A model generated the notes under the pieces. That model was not told the DNA's origin. It worked only from the letters and a program-made list of their open reading frames with translations, and searched no databases. The position numbers and the translations under genes are program-made. A stretch of 64,000 nucleotides of DNA from Spirochaetia bacterium (GTDB taxonomy: Bacteria; Spirochaetota; Spirochaetia; SZUA-6; Bin103): positions 2,880,001 through 2,944,000 of the forward strand of contig CBDBDQ010000005.1 of assembly GCA_965203905.1 (NCBI GenBank), in the 5' to 3' direction. Of this stretch, positions 1 through 10,251 are shown one piece after another. Positions within the stretch are counted from its first letter, which is position 1. Each line of letters begins with the position of its first letter.

Positions 1-890
1 TTGTCCTGCACGTCGCCGCAGGCGAACACGCCCGGCTTGCTGGTGACCGTGGAGTCGCCCGGCGTGACCAGGTAGCCGGTGGCGTCGGTCTCCAACTGGC
101 CCGCCAGGAACCCGGTGTTGGGCTCGTGACCGATGGCGAAGAACAGCCCACCCGCTTCCAGCTCGCGGTCGACGTCGGTCTTGACGTTGCGCACGCGGAC
201 GCCGGCCACCAGGTCGTCGCCGACCACCTCGGTCAGGACCGTGTCCCAGATCACCTCGATCTTGTCGTTGTCGAACACCCGCTGCTGCATTGCCTTGGAA
301 GCCCGCATCTGATCGCGGCGCACCAGCATGCTGACGCCGCTGGCGTACTTGGTGAGGAAGGTTGATTCCTCGGCCGCGGTGTCGCCCCCGCCCACCACCA
401 CGAGGTGCTTGTCGCGGAACACCGGCAGGGCGCCGTCGCACACCGCGCAGGCGGAAATGCCGCGCTGCCAGAGGCGATCGGCACCCTCGACGTGGAGCCG
501 CTTGGCGGTAGCCCCGGTGGCGATGATCACGGTACGGGTGCGCACGGTGGTGCCGCTCTCGGTGGTCACCGCGTAGGGAGCGGATTCCAGATCCACTTCG
601 CTGACGGTCTCGGTGACGATGCGGGCGCCGCTGCGCTGGGACTGCTGACGCATCAGGAACATCAGCTCGGGGCCGCCGATTCCCTCGGGGAACCCGGGGT
701 AGTTCTCGACGTCGGTGGTGGTGGTGAGTTGGCCGCCGGCGGCCACCCCGCCGGCCATGAATCCTTCGTACATCAGCGGCTCCAGCATGGCGCGGCCGGC
801 GTACACCGCGGCGGTGTGCCCGGCCGGACCGGAGCCGATGATGACGCAGTTCTCGATCTTCTCGGGCCCGCCGCCGTTGCCGTTGGCCAT
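1..890 (-). CDS. trxB: Thioredoxin-disulfide reductase (3' end runs off window)
   Basis: Manual translation from ATG 890: IIGSGPAGHTAA, GGQLTTTTDVENYPGF, redox SACAVCDG, VVGGGDTAAEE, FFAIGHEPN, GVFACGDV. Confidence 0.95.
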   Translation of the reverse strand, partial: MANGNGGGPEKIENCVIIGSGPAGHTAAVYAGRAMLEPLMYEGFMAGGVAAGGQLTTTTDVENYPGFPEGIGGPELMFLMRQQSQRSGARIVTETVSEVDLESAPYAVTTESGTTVRTRTVIIATGATAKRLHVEGADRLWQRGISACAVCDGALPVFRDKHLVVVGGGDTAAEESTFLTKYASGVSMLVRRDQMRASKAMQQRVFDNDKIEVIWDTVLTEVVGDDLVAGVRVRNVKTDVDRELEAGGLFFAIGHEPNTGFLAGQLETDATGYLVTPGDSTVTSKPGVFACGDVQD

Positions 891-1062
891 GGCATGGTGG
901 CGCGCGCCCACCTGCGGCGGGGCAAGAATGGCGCCCGTCCGCTGCAGCGGCAGACGGCTGCGGCGCCCCGCTTCCCGGAGCGCCGTCAGGCCCGCCGTCC
1001 CGTCTCGGCTCCGGCCATCTGTCAGGCGTTGGATGCAGTACAGATGGTGAGCCATGGTCGCC

Positions 1063-1665
<603 letters not shown>

Positions 1666-1930
1666 CGGTAACTCCTCGTAATGGATCTGGAGGTGGTGGA
1701 TTCCGGGAGCCTCGGCAACGGCTCCCGCGCCGGCAGCCAGCGCCGGCGCACCTCAAGCGCAAAGTAACTATCGCACCCGGACCCCGTCAAGGTTGCGCGC
1801 CGGACGGGTCAGCTTCGGCGCGCAGGAAATTGCGGCTTACTGACGTCACCGGTAGCGAGTATGGCGCTGTCGGTTCCCGGCGCATCAGAATTCACGACCG
1901 CGCCCCGACAACGTATACTGATTTTCCGTC

Positions 1931-3436
1931 GTGGATTACGACCGCCAGGACTTCGCACCCTGCAGCACGCTTCACTTCCGTCCGGAGGGTGCACTGGTCG
2001 GGGATATGTCGTTCTTCTCCCGTGGAGACGAGTGTCACCTGTTCTACCTGACCAAGCGCAACGACGACCCGCCGCGGCTTCCCCACAACCAGCTCGACCA
2101 CGCGGTGAGCACCGACCTGCTGCACTGGGAACGGCTGCCGCCGGCGCTGCTGCCGGGCGCGCCGGGCAGCGCCGATGCAACCGGCATCGGCGGCTGCACC
2201 ATCGTGCCGGACCGCGGCGTCTATCACATGTTTTACGCCGGCACCGTCAACGAGGTGATCTACCATGCCCGCAGCACCGACCTGATCCGCTGGCAGAAGG
2301 ACTCGCCCCTGGAGCCGTTGGTAGTACCCGATCCGCGCTGGTACACGCCGCATACCGTGCCCCCCGACGAGGGGCGCGCCTGGCGTGACCCATTCCTGTT
2401 CCGCGACTCCGCCAGCGACCGCTACCTGCTGCTGGTGACCGCCCGTCTCAGACAGGGGGCGCCCACCGAGCGCGGCTGCGTGGGGCTGGCGGCGAGCGAG
2501 GACCTGGAGCATTGGGAGGTTCAGCCGCCTCTGTACGCTCCCCACGTCTGCAACGCCCCCGAGGTGTGCGAGCTGTTCGCCATGGACGGCCGCTACTACC
2601 TGTTCTTCTCGCACGGCGAGACCTTCACCTGCCGCTACCGGGTTGCCGAGCGGTGGGACGGCCCATACCGCTGCCCGCCCGACGACCTGCTGCTGACCCC
2701 CTGGACCTACGCGCCGCGCAGCGTGTGCATGGACGGTGACCGCTACCTGGTCCCCTGGGTCGCCGACCACCTGGGCGGTCAGGACGGCTATCAGCCCGAC
2801 TACGCGCCGGTGTGGGGCGGCGACGGATTCACCTGGGGTGGGGTGCTGGGCACCCCGCAACTCATGCGCACGCTGTCCGACGGCCGCCTCGTCCTGTGCT
2901 ACCCGGAGATCGTCGAGCGCCTGCTGGGAGCGCGCCTGGTTGCTCCCGGCGCGTGGCGGTGCGCGGCAACCGAGCGGGGCGCATGGGAGGCGGGCTCCGG
3001 CGGCATCACCGGCTCTTCGGACCAGGGGTTGGCGCGGGCAATGCTTCCGGCCGCGGGAGAGAACTTCCGCGTCTCCTGCACGATGACCATCGAAGCCGGT
3101 TGCGCGGCCGGCTTGATCGTGCGCGGCAACGAACGGGGCGACTCCGGCTATTACATCCGGATCGAGCCGGGGATGAAGTCGGTTTCGTTGTGGCGCTATC
3201 CCCGTCCCTGGGTGGTGGCACGGCCCCTGGCGGCGCGGATCTTGCCGAAGATCGACTACCACGCCGTATTGGAGATAAAGATCCTCCTGCACCGGCACGT
3301 GCTCGATGCCTACCTCGACGGCCGACACCTGTTCTCGGCGCCCGTACACGACTACCGTGAAGGCCGCTTCGGCGTGTTTGTTGAAGACTCCCGGACCCGG
3401 TTCGGCGAGGTCGACGGCCGCGAGTTGCACGAATAG
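1931..3436 (+). CDS. GH32-like glycoside hydrolase (beta-propeller plus beta-sandwich)
   Basis: GDMSFF, HAVSTDLLHW, WRDPF, YAPR motifs. Confidence 0.8.
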   Translation: MDYDRQDFAPCSTLHFRPEGALVGDMSFFSRGDECHLFYLTKRNDDPPRLPHNQLDHAVSTDLLHWERLPPALLPGAPGSADATGIGGCTIVPDRGVYHMFYAGTVNEVIYHARSTDLIRWQKDSPLEPLVVPDPRWYTPHTVPPDEGRAWRDPFLFRDSASDRYLLLVTARLRQGAPTERGCVGLAASEDLEHWEVQPPLYAPHVCNAPEVCELFAMDGRYYLFFSHGETFTCRYRVAERWDGPYRCPPDDLLLTPWTYAPRSVCMDGDRYLVPWVADHLGGQDGYQPDYAPVWGGDGFTWGGVLGTPQLMRTLSDGRLVLCYPEIVERLLGARLVAPGAWRCAATERGAWEAGSGGITGSSDQGLARAMLPAAGENFRVSCTMTIEAGCAAGLIVRGNERGDSGYYIRIEPGMKSVSLWRYPRPWVVARPLAARILPKIDYHAVLEIKILLHRHVLDAYLDGRHLFSAPVHDYREGRFGVFVEDSRTRFGEVDGRELHE

Positions 3437-3444
3437 CAGGCGCG

Positions 3445-4836
3445 ATGGACGAGGCGCAGCGCCCACAGTTTCACTATACCTGCCGTGCCGGCTGGCTGTG
3501 CGACGTCAACGGGCCGATCTTCCACGCCGGAGAGTACCACCTGTTCTACGAGTACAATCCCACCGGCCCCACCTGGACCTATGCCAACATGCACTGGGGC
3601 CACGCGGTCAGCACCGACCTGGTGCGCTGGCGCGAGCTGCCGCCGGTCCTCGCCCCCGACCGGCACGGACCGGTCAACTCCGGCTCGGTCGTCGTGGACT
3701 GGAACGACACCTGCGGCCTGGCCACGGCCGGGGACCCGGTCCTGGTGGCGCTGTACACCGAGGGCCGCTATCTGCTGCCGGCGAACCGGCCGGCGGCGCA
3801 ATCGCTTGCCTACAGCAACGACCGCGGACGAACCTGGACCAGATTCGCCGGCAACCCCGTGCTCGGACGCACCACCCATTATGCGCGCGATCCCAAGGTG
3901 CTGTGGCACGCGGCGAGCGGCCGCTGGATCATGGCGCTGATCCTGTCCGAGCACGGCGACGAGCGCGACCACAGGTTCGGCCTGTTCTCGTCGCCCGACC
4001 TGCGGCAGTGGCGCTGGGAGAGCACGTTTGACATGCCCACCGCGTGCGACTGCCCCGACCTGTTCGCGCTGCCGGCTGACGGCGATCTCGATGACTTGCG
4101 CTGGGTGTTCTGGGGTGGCGACGGCACCCATGCGACCGGGACGTTCGACGGGCGCAGTTTCACCCCGGAGGGCGCGATCGTGCCGCCGCTGGTGCCGTAC
4201 GATCGCAACGGCGCGGTGGGGTTCGCGGCCAAGGTGTTTGCCGATCTTCCCGCCACCGACCGCCGCGCGATCCAGATCGCCTGGCTGCGCAACGGCGACT
4301 ATCCCGGCATGCCGTTCAGTCAGCAGTTGACGTTTCCCTGCGAGCTGAGTCTGCGTACCGGCGCCGGTGCGGGGCGCGCAGCGGCACAGGTGTGCCGGCA
4401 GCCGGTGCGCGAGATCGAGCTGCTGTACCGCCGGCGGCACCAATGGCGGGATGCGGCGTTGGCACCGGGGTACGATCCGCTGGCCGCCGTCGCCGGCGAG
4501 CTGTTCGACATCGAGGTCGAGCTGCAGCCGGGCACTGCGCAGCGCGTGGCGTTCACGCTGCACGGCCAGACCGTGGCCTACGATGCCCGCACCCGACGCC
4601 TGGCCTGCATGGGCACGGAGGTCGAGCTGGCAGCGGAGCCGGACACGGACAGCCTCACGCTGCGGATGCTCCTGGACCGGAACTCGATCGAGATCTTCGC
4701 CGACGGGGGCGCGGTCGCGCTCGCCTTCTCCTTTGTGCCGCGTCCGGAGCAGAAGGGTCTGGAGCTGACCGCGGCCGGCGGCACGGCACGAATCGCTTCA
4801 CTGAACGTGTGGGAACTCGCCTCGATCCACGCCTAG
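3445..4836 (+). CDS. GH32 levanase/beta-fructosidase-like
   Basis: RPQFHY, GWLCDVNG, MHWGHAVSTDL, SGS, RDPKV, DCPDLF, DRNSIEIF. Confidence 0.88.
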   Translation: MDEAQRPQFHYTCRAGWLCDVNGPIFHAGEYHLFYEYNPTGPTWTYANMHWGHAVSTDLVRWRELPPVLAPDRHGPVNSGSVVVDWNDTCGLATAGDPVLVALYTEGRYLLPANRPAAQSLAYSNDRGRTWTRFAGNPVLGRTTHYARDPKVLWHAASGRWIMALILSEHGDERDHRFGLFSSPDLRQWRWESTFDMPTACDCPDLFALPADGDLDDLRWVFWGGDGTHATGTFDGRSFTPEGAIVPPLVPYDRNGAVGFAAKVFADLPATDRRAIQIAWLRNGDYPGMPFSQQLTFPCELSLRTGAGAGRAAAQVCRQPVREIELLYRRRHQWRDAALAPGYDPLAAVAGELFDIEVELQPGTAQRVAFTLHGQTVAYDARTRRLACMGTEVELAAEPDTDSLTLRMLLDRNSIEIFADGGAVALAFSFVPRPEQKGLELTAAGGTARIASLNVWELASIHA

Positions 4837-4958
4837 TCCGAAACCACGTCTGGCAGACGAACCAAGTGCACCGGGTTTCATGGTCTCTGGCGTCACGGAG
4901 TGGCCCTGCGTACTGATCACGTGCGCCGCCTGCGTTACAGCCCGCCGCGCCGCGCAAT

Positions 4959-4987
4959 TTGACGGCGCCGCGGAGCCTCCTTACAGT
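4959..4987 (+). promoter_or_regulatory. Putative sigma70 promoter of ABC operon
   Basis: TTGACG-17 nt-TACAGT upstream of GAGGAG RBS and ATG 5023. Confidence 0.55.
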
Positions 4988-5022
4988 GGCCCACACGCAA
5001 CTACCTTGAGGAGGTGTATTCA

Positions 5023-6252
5023 ATGCGAAGGAGAGCATTCCTGCTTACCGCCCTCGTGCTGGCGGGTGGGCTGATCTGGACGCAACAGGTACTGGCGCAG
5101 CGCGTCACCCTGAGCGTGTCGTTGGGGGCGTCGGAGGTGCACGAGGCCTGGTACCGGCTGTACGAGGAGCAGCACCCGAACGTCAAGATCGAGAGCTTCG
5201 TGGTGCCGGGCGCCTCGATGGAGGACTTTCTGCGCGCCCGCGCCGCTGCCGGCACGCTGCCCGACCTGTTCGCGATCAACAGCAACGCATTCGGCCACAA
5301 GTTCATGGCGGACGGCTTCGCCGCCGACCTCGCCGCCACCGCGGCCGCGGCCAACACCCTGCCGGGACTGCGCGAGCCGTTCACCACCCCGGCCGGACAG
5401 GTCTACGGCATTCCGGTGGGCACTGCCACCACCTGGATGTACTACAACCGCGACCTGATCGCGGAAGCGGGCATCTCGGCGATTCCGACCACCTGGGACG
5501 AGTTCATCGCGGCCCTCGAAAAGCTCAAGAGCAAGCGCATCGCCGGCACCATCATCGACAAGGACGGCTTCGGCAACTCCTGGTTCAGCTACATCTTCGC
5601 CCAGAAGGTGGTGCCCGGCGAGCCCGATTTCGTCGCCAAGATAGAGCGCGGCGAGTTCGACTTCACCCAGCCCGGCGTGGCCGACATCTTCGCCAAGGTG
5701 AAGTACCTGACCGACAACGGGTTGGCCCACAGGGCGTTCATGAGCACCAACAACGCCCAGGCCACCAGTCTGTTCCTGCAGGGACGCGCGGCGACCTTCT
5801 TCGCCGGCAGTTGGCAGGCAAACCAACTGCTCAGCGGTGACGTCGACGCCGGGATCTTCTTCCCGGCGGTCAGGGACGCTGGCGAAGCGACCATGGGCGT
5901 GCTGGTGCCCGAGACCGGCGCCGGCGTGAACGCGGCGTCCGAGAACCTTGACGCCGCCATCGATCTCCTCGACTGGATGTTCGGGGACGGCTACGCGTTC
6001 TACCAGAACGGCATGGGCAACATTCCGAGCGTGGTCGAGGTGATGGGCGAGGTGAAGCTCGATCCGCGCGTGATCCGGGTGCTCGACGAGGTGAAGGGCT
6101 ACCCGCAGACCCGGCTGTGGTTCCAGTACCTGCCGTCCGAGACGCTGCCCCTGGTCAACAAGCTGCTCGACCAGGTGTTGCTCGGGGAGCTGACTCCGCA
6201 GGAGGCGGCGGAAGAGCTCCACAACGCGGCCCGCGACGCCGTGATGCAATAG
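5023..6252 (+). CDS. Carbohydrate ABC transporter substrate-binding protein
   Basis: Signal peptide, LPDLF, YYNRDL, PTTWDEF; RBS before ATG 5023. Confidence 0.88.
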   Translation: MRRRAFLLTALVLAGGLIWTQQVLAQRVTLSVSLGASEVHEAWYRLYEEQHPNVKIESFVVPGASMEDFLRARAAAGTLPDLFAINSNAFGHKFMADGFAADLAATAAAANTLPGLREPFTTPAGQVYGIPVGTATTWMYYNRDLIAEAGISAIPTTWDEFIAALEKLKSKRIAGTIIDKDGFGNSWFSYIFAQKVVPGEPDFVAKIERGEFDFTQPGVADIFAKVKYLTDNGLAHRAFMSTNNAQATSLFLQGRAATFFAGSWQANQLLSGDVDAGIFFPAVRDAGEATMGVLVPETGAGVNAASENLDAAIDLLDWMFGDGYAFYQNGMGNIPSVVEVMGEVKLDPRVIRVLDEVKGYPQTRLWFQYLPSETLPLVNKLLDQVLLGELTPQEAAEELHNAARDAVMQ

Positions 6253-6303
6253 ACCTCGGGCTGCCTGAGCGCAGGGTGATCCGTTTCACCCTGCGCTCGC
6301 CGT

Positions 6304-7198
6304 ATGCAGATCAAGTATCACCAGCAGCGCTTCATCGCCGGCCTGCTGTTCGTGGTTCCGGCGCTGACCGTGGCGGTCGTGTTCTTCGTCTACCCGATCG
6401 CCCTGACCCTGCGCTACAGCTTTACCAACTGGGACGGCCTGTTTCCGCAGGCGGAGTTCGTGGGACTGAAGAACTTCGCCGTCGTGCTAGGGAGAACGTT
6501 CCATCAAGCGGGTGTTCTTCAACACCTTCTACCTGGTGGTGCTGTACGTACCGGTGCTCAACGTGCTGGCGGTGTTGATCGCCGTGCACATCCACAACGT
6601 GGTCCGGCTCAGGAACGTCTACAAGGCGATCATGTACCTGCCGCAGATGCTGTCGCTGACCGTGGTCGGGTTCGTGTGGAAGGTGATCTACTCGTACGAC
6701 GGCGGGCTGATCAATGAAGCGATGATCCTGCTCGGCCTGGAGTGGCATACCCAGGACTGGCTCGGGCAGCGCAACACCGTGCTGCCGGCGATGAGCCTGA
6801 CCATCGTCTGGTCGGCGCTCGGCTATTTCATCCTCATTTACCTGGCGGGGTTGCACGCGATTCCCCGCGAGCTGTACGAATCCGCCGACGTCGACGGCGC
6901 CGGCCCCTTCAAGCAGTTCCTGTTTATCACCATCCCAATGCTGGCGCAGGCGATCACCATCAGCGTCACCCTCTCCGCGATCGGCATCCTGGGGCTGTTC
7001 GACCTGCCGTTCGTGCTCACCGAAGGCGGCCCCGGCTACCTTTCGGAGACCCTCGCGCTGCGCGTCTACATGTACGCATTCGCGCAGTTGCGCATCGACT
7101 ACGGGCTGGCGATGGCGGTGATCCTGGGGATCATCTCGGTGCTGGCCGCACTGGTGCTGCTGAAGCTGTTCCGGAAGCGGGAGGAGGTGTACGGCTGA
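6304..7198 (+). CDS. Carbohydrate ABC permease, split by +1 frameshift near 6490 (possible sequencing error)
   Basis: N-part SFTNWDG..FVGLKNF joins VFFNT..ELYESADVDGA after removing one G from CTAGGGAGAA. Confidence 0.82.
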
Positions 7199-8037
7199 TG
7201 GCGGCGCCGGGCCACCGACGCAGATCCAGGCTGGTGTCGAACGCGGTGCTGGTGTTCTGCTGCATCCTTACCTTCATTCCGGTCTGGTACTTCCTGAACA
7301 ACGCTTTCAAGGAGGAGAAGTACGTATACCAGAATCCGCTCACCATCACGCCGCAGCAGTTCACCACCGAGAACGTGGTGCGCGCGTTCAACCACCTCAA
7401 GTACGGTCGCTCGTTCCTGAACAGCGTCATCTTCGTGACCACCTCGTGCGCGCTGCTGGTGTTTCTCGCTGCGCTCGCGTCCTTCGCCATAGCCGTGGTC
7501 AGGGGCAGGCTGTTAGGCTCCATCTACGTGGGCTTCGTGCTGATGATCACCCTGCCGTTCGGACTGGCGATGATTCCGCTGGTGTCGTTGCTCAGAGACC
7601 TGGGTCTGCTCAACACCTACCTGGGAACGTCGCTGGTCTACACCGCCACCGCCATTCCGTTCGCGGTGTTCCTGTACACCGGCTACATCAGGACCATCCC
7701 GCGCGACTTCGAAGACGCGGCCAGAATCGACGGCTGCGGCATGTTCCGTACCTTCGCATCCGTGTACCTGCCGCTGTTGGGCACGGTCACGGTCACGCTC
7801 CTGATTCTGCGCGGCGTGGCGATCTACAATGACCTGCTGATCCCGCTGCTGACGATCAGCGACGTATTCAAGGTGCCGCTGGCGTTGCGGCTGTACTCGT
7901 TCGCGACCGAGCGCATCATCTACTGGGAACTGCTGTTCGCCGGCACCTTTCTGGTGAGCATTCCGATCATCATGGCGTTTCTGTTCCTGCAGCGGTTCAT
8001 CACCAGCGAAGCGATCGGCGGCGCGATCAAGGGCTGA
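7198..8037 (+). CDS. Carbohydrate ABC permease
   Basis: IPRDFEDAARIDG (EAA loop), GAIKG end, TGATG coupling. Confidence 0.9.
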   Translation: MAAPGHRRRSRLVSNAVLVFCCILTFIPVWYFLNNAFKEEKYVYQNPLTITPQQFTTENVVRAFNHLKYGRSFLNSVIFVTTSCALLVFLAALASFAIAVVRGRLLGSIYVGFVLMITLPFGLAMIPLVSLLRDLGLLNTYLGTSLVYTATAIPFAVFLYTGYIRTIPRDFEDAARIDGCGMFRTFASVYLPLLGTVTVTLLILRGVAIYNDLLIPLLTISDVFKVPLALRLYSFATERIIYWELLFAGTFLVSIPIIMAFLFLQRFITSEAIGGAIKG

Positions 8038-9572
8038 TGACGGGAGATTCGGTCAGGCGACTGGGACACCTGGTGGAGCACGCCCGCGAGTTGCGCGAGC
8101 GCTACCAGGCCGACCCGCACCGACCGCGCTACCACTTCCTGGCGCCGGAGGGAGTATGCCATCCGTTCGATCCGCAGGGATGCATCTACTGGCGCGGGCG
8201 CTACCACCTGTTCTACGCCGTTCAGGCGGACGGGGTGGGGCTGTGGGGCCACGCATCCAGCACCGACCTGCTGCACTGGCGGCACCACCCGATTCCGCTG
8301 GGCATCGGGCCGGGCGATCCGGAGGAACAGGTGTACGCCGGCGGCGCCCTGATCACCAGGGAAGGTACGCCGGCGATGATCTACCACGGGGTCAACGCCG
8401 GTACCTGCATCGCCACCAGCGACGACGCCGGACTGTTGCGCTGGCGCAAGCACCCCGCCAATCCGGTGCTCCCGGTGCCGGGTGCCGGCGACCCGGGACA
8501 TGGGCGGTACCACGTATGGGATACCTGCGGCTGGGTGCACGGCGACGCGTACTACTCGATCAGCGGCAACAAGCCGGACACGCCGCCGCGGACCGAGGGA
8601 GACGTCGCTTACCTGTTCCGATCGTCGGACCTGGTGCACTGGGAGTACCTGCATCCGTTCTACGTCTCCGAGCGGCGCTGGACCGACGCCGACGAAGATT
8701 GCTCCTGTCCCGATTTCTTCCCGCTGGGAGACCGGCACGTGCTGATGTTCATCAGCCACACGCGCGGCACGCAGTACTACGTCGGCCGCTACACGGGGGA
8801 GCGGTTTCATCCCGAACGCCACGGGCGCCTGAACTGGGCCGGTGGCCCCAGCTTTGCCCAGGAGAGCCTACTGGACAGCTCCGGCCGCCGGATATTCTGG
8901 GCCTGGCTGTGCGAGTCGCGCACGCGCGATGCCCAGCTTCGGGCCGGCTGGGCCGGCGTGATGAGCCTGCCGCGGGTGCTGTCGCTGGGTTCCGACGGCA
9001 CCCTGGGCATCGCTCCGGCCGCGGAGCTGCGCAGGCTGCGGCTGAACCCACGCCGGTACGACCGCGTACGGGTGGCCGCCGGCGCTTGCCTGCCGCTGGA
9101 GGTGCACGGCGACTGCCTGGAGCTGGCGCTGAAGGTGGGGCCTGGCGAGGCGGAGTCGGAGTTCGGTGTCCTGGTCAGGCGCTCGCCGGACGGCGCCGAG
9201 CAGACGGAGGTCGCGTTCGACCCGGCGGCGAAGGTGCTGCGCATCGATACCAGCCGCTCCAGCCTGAGCAGCGAGATCGTCCAGTCGTGGCCGCAGCCGA
9301 GCGCCTCGTTTCTCTCCGATCCGCTGGCCGGCAGAGCCGACGTGCGGGTTCAGGAGGCGCCGTTTGCGCTGCGCCCGGGAGAGTCCCTGGAGCTACGGAT
9401 CTTCCTCGACCGGTCGGTGCTGGAGGTGTTCGCCAACGGCCGCCAGTGCATGGCGCAGCGGATCTACCCGACCCGCGGCGACAGCACCGGCATTGCGCTG
9501 TTCGGCCGCGGCCGTGCTGTCACGGTCCGGCGCCTGCGGACCTGGGACCTGGCCGCCACCAACCCCTGGTGA
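8037..9572 (+). CDS. GH32 family protein with atypical catalytic motifs
   Basis: RPRYHF, FDPQG, WGHASSTDLLHW, SCPDFF, MSLPR, DRSVLEVF. Confidence 0.85.
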   Translation: MTGDSVRRLGHLVEHARELRERYQADPHRPRYHFLAPEGVCHPFDPQGCIYWRGRYHLFYAVQADGVGLWGHASSTDLLHWRHHPIPLGIGPGDPEEQVYAGGALITREGTPAMIYHGVNAGTCIATSDDAGLLRWRKHPANPVLPVPGAGDPGHGRYHVWDTCGWVHGDAYYSISGNKPDTPPRTEGDVAYLFRSSDLVHWEYLHPFYVSERRWTDADEDCSCPDFFPLGDRHVLMFISHTRGTQYYVGRYTGERFHPERHGRLNWAGGPSFAQESLLDSSGRRIFWAWLCESRTRDAQLRAGWAGVMSLPRVLSLGSDGTLGIAPAAELRRLRLNPRRYDRVRVAAGACLPLEVHGDCLELALKVGPGEAESEFGVLVRRSPDGAEQTEVAFDPAAKVLRIDTSRSSLSSEIVQSWPQPSASFLSDPLAGRADVRVQEAPFALRPGESLELRIFLDRSVLEVFANGRQCMAQRIYPTRGDSTGIALFGRGRAVTVRRLRTWDLAATNPW

Positions 9573-9682
9573 ACCGCATGCATGCCCATTCGTAGTAGTT
9601 GGTGCCGCATTGGGTGAGGCATACGCGCCGCGGGAAGGGCTGCGGTTGCCAAATCTTGCCATCCAACCGTACGCTAGGTGGC

Positions 9683-9925
9683 GTGAACACCACCATGAAT
9701 GTGTCGCTGCCCGCCTCGCTCAAGTCCTTTGTGGACGAGCAGGTTACCGGGCACGGCTATGGGACCTGCAGCGAATATGTCCGTGCCCTGATCCGCCGGG
9801 ATCAGGAACGCCAGCATCTGCGCAGGCTGCTGCTCGAAGGTGCCGAATCCGCCGTGTCGCAGCCGGTGGACGCGGCCTACTTCGATGACCTGCGCGACCG
9901 CGTGCGCTCGCGTTCTCGCGGGTGA
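9683..9925 (+). CDS. ParD-family RHH antitoxin
   Basis: MNVSLPASLKSFVDEQV..SEYVRALIR; TTGCCA direct repeat at 9646-9661 upstream. Confidence 0.88.
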   Translation: MNTTMNVSLPASLKSFVDEQVTGHGYGTCSEYVRALIRRDQERQHLRRLLLEGAESAVSQPVDAAYFDDLRDRVRSRSRG

Positions 9926-10239
9926 CAGGCAAGTCGATAGTTCCGCGGGCGAGGGCTGTTCGCGATGTCGACGAAGCGCTCGCTTACTACCTGCGCGAAG
10001 GAGAAGCGCAAGCCGCGCTCGGTTTCATCGACGAACTGGAAAGAGCCTACGGCCACATTGCGCAGTATCCGGCTGCGGGCTCGTTGCGGTATGCGTGGGA
10101 GTTGGATGTGCCGGGACTGCGCTCCTGGCCACTGCAGCGCTACCCGTACCTGGTCTTCTACCGCGAGCACGAAGACCGCATCGACGTCTGGCGCGTGCTG
10201 CACGGCCAGCGCGACATCGCCGCCTGGATGCGTGAGTGA
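9922..10239 (+). CDS. ParE/RelE-family toxin
   Basis: YPYLVFY..IDVWRVLHGQRDI; GTGA overlap with antitoxin. Confidence 0.88.
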   Translation: MTGKSIVPRARAVRDVDEALAYYLREGEAQAALGFIDELERAYGHIAQYPAAGSLRYAWELDVPGLRSWPLQRYPYLVFYREHEDRIDVWRVLHGQRDIAAWMRE

Positions 10240-10251
10240 CGGTGCCGCCGT

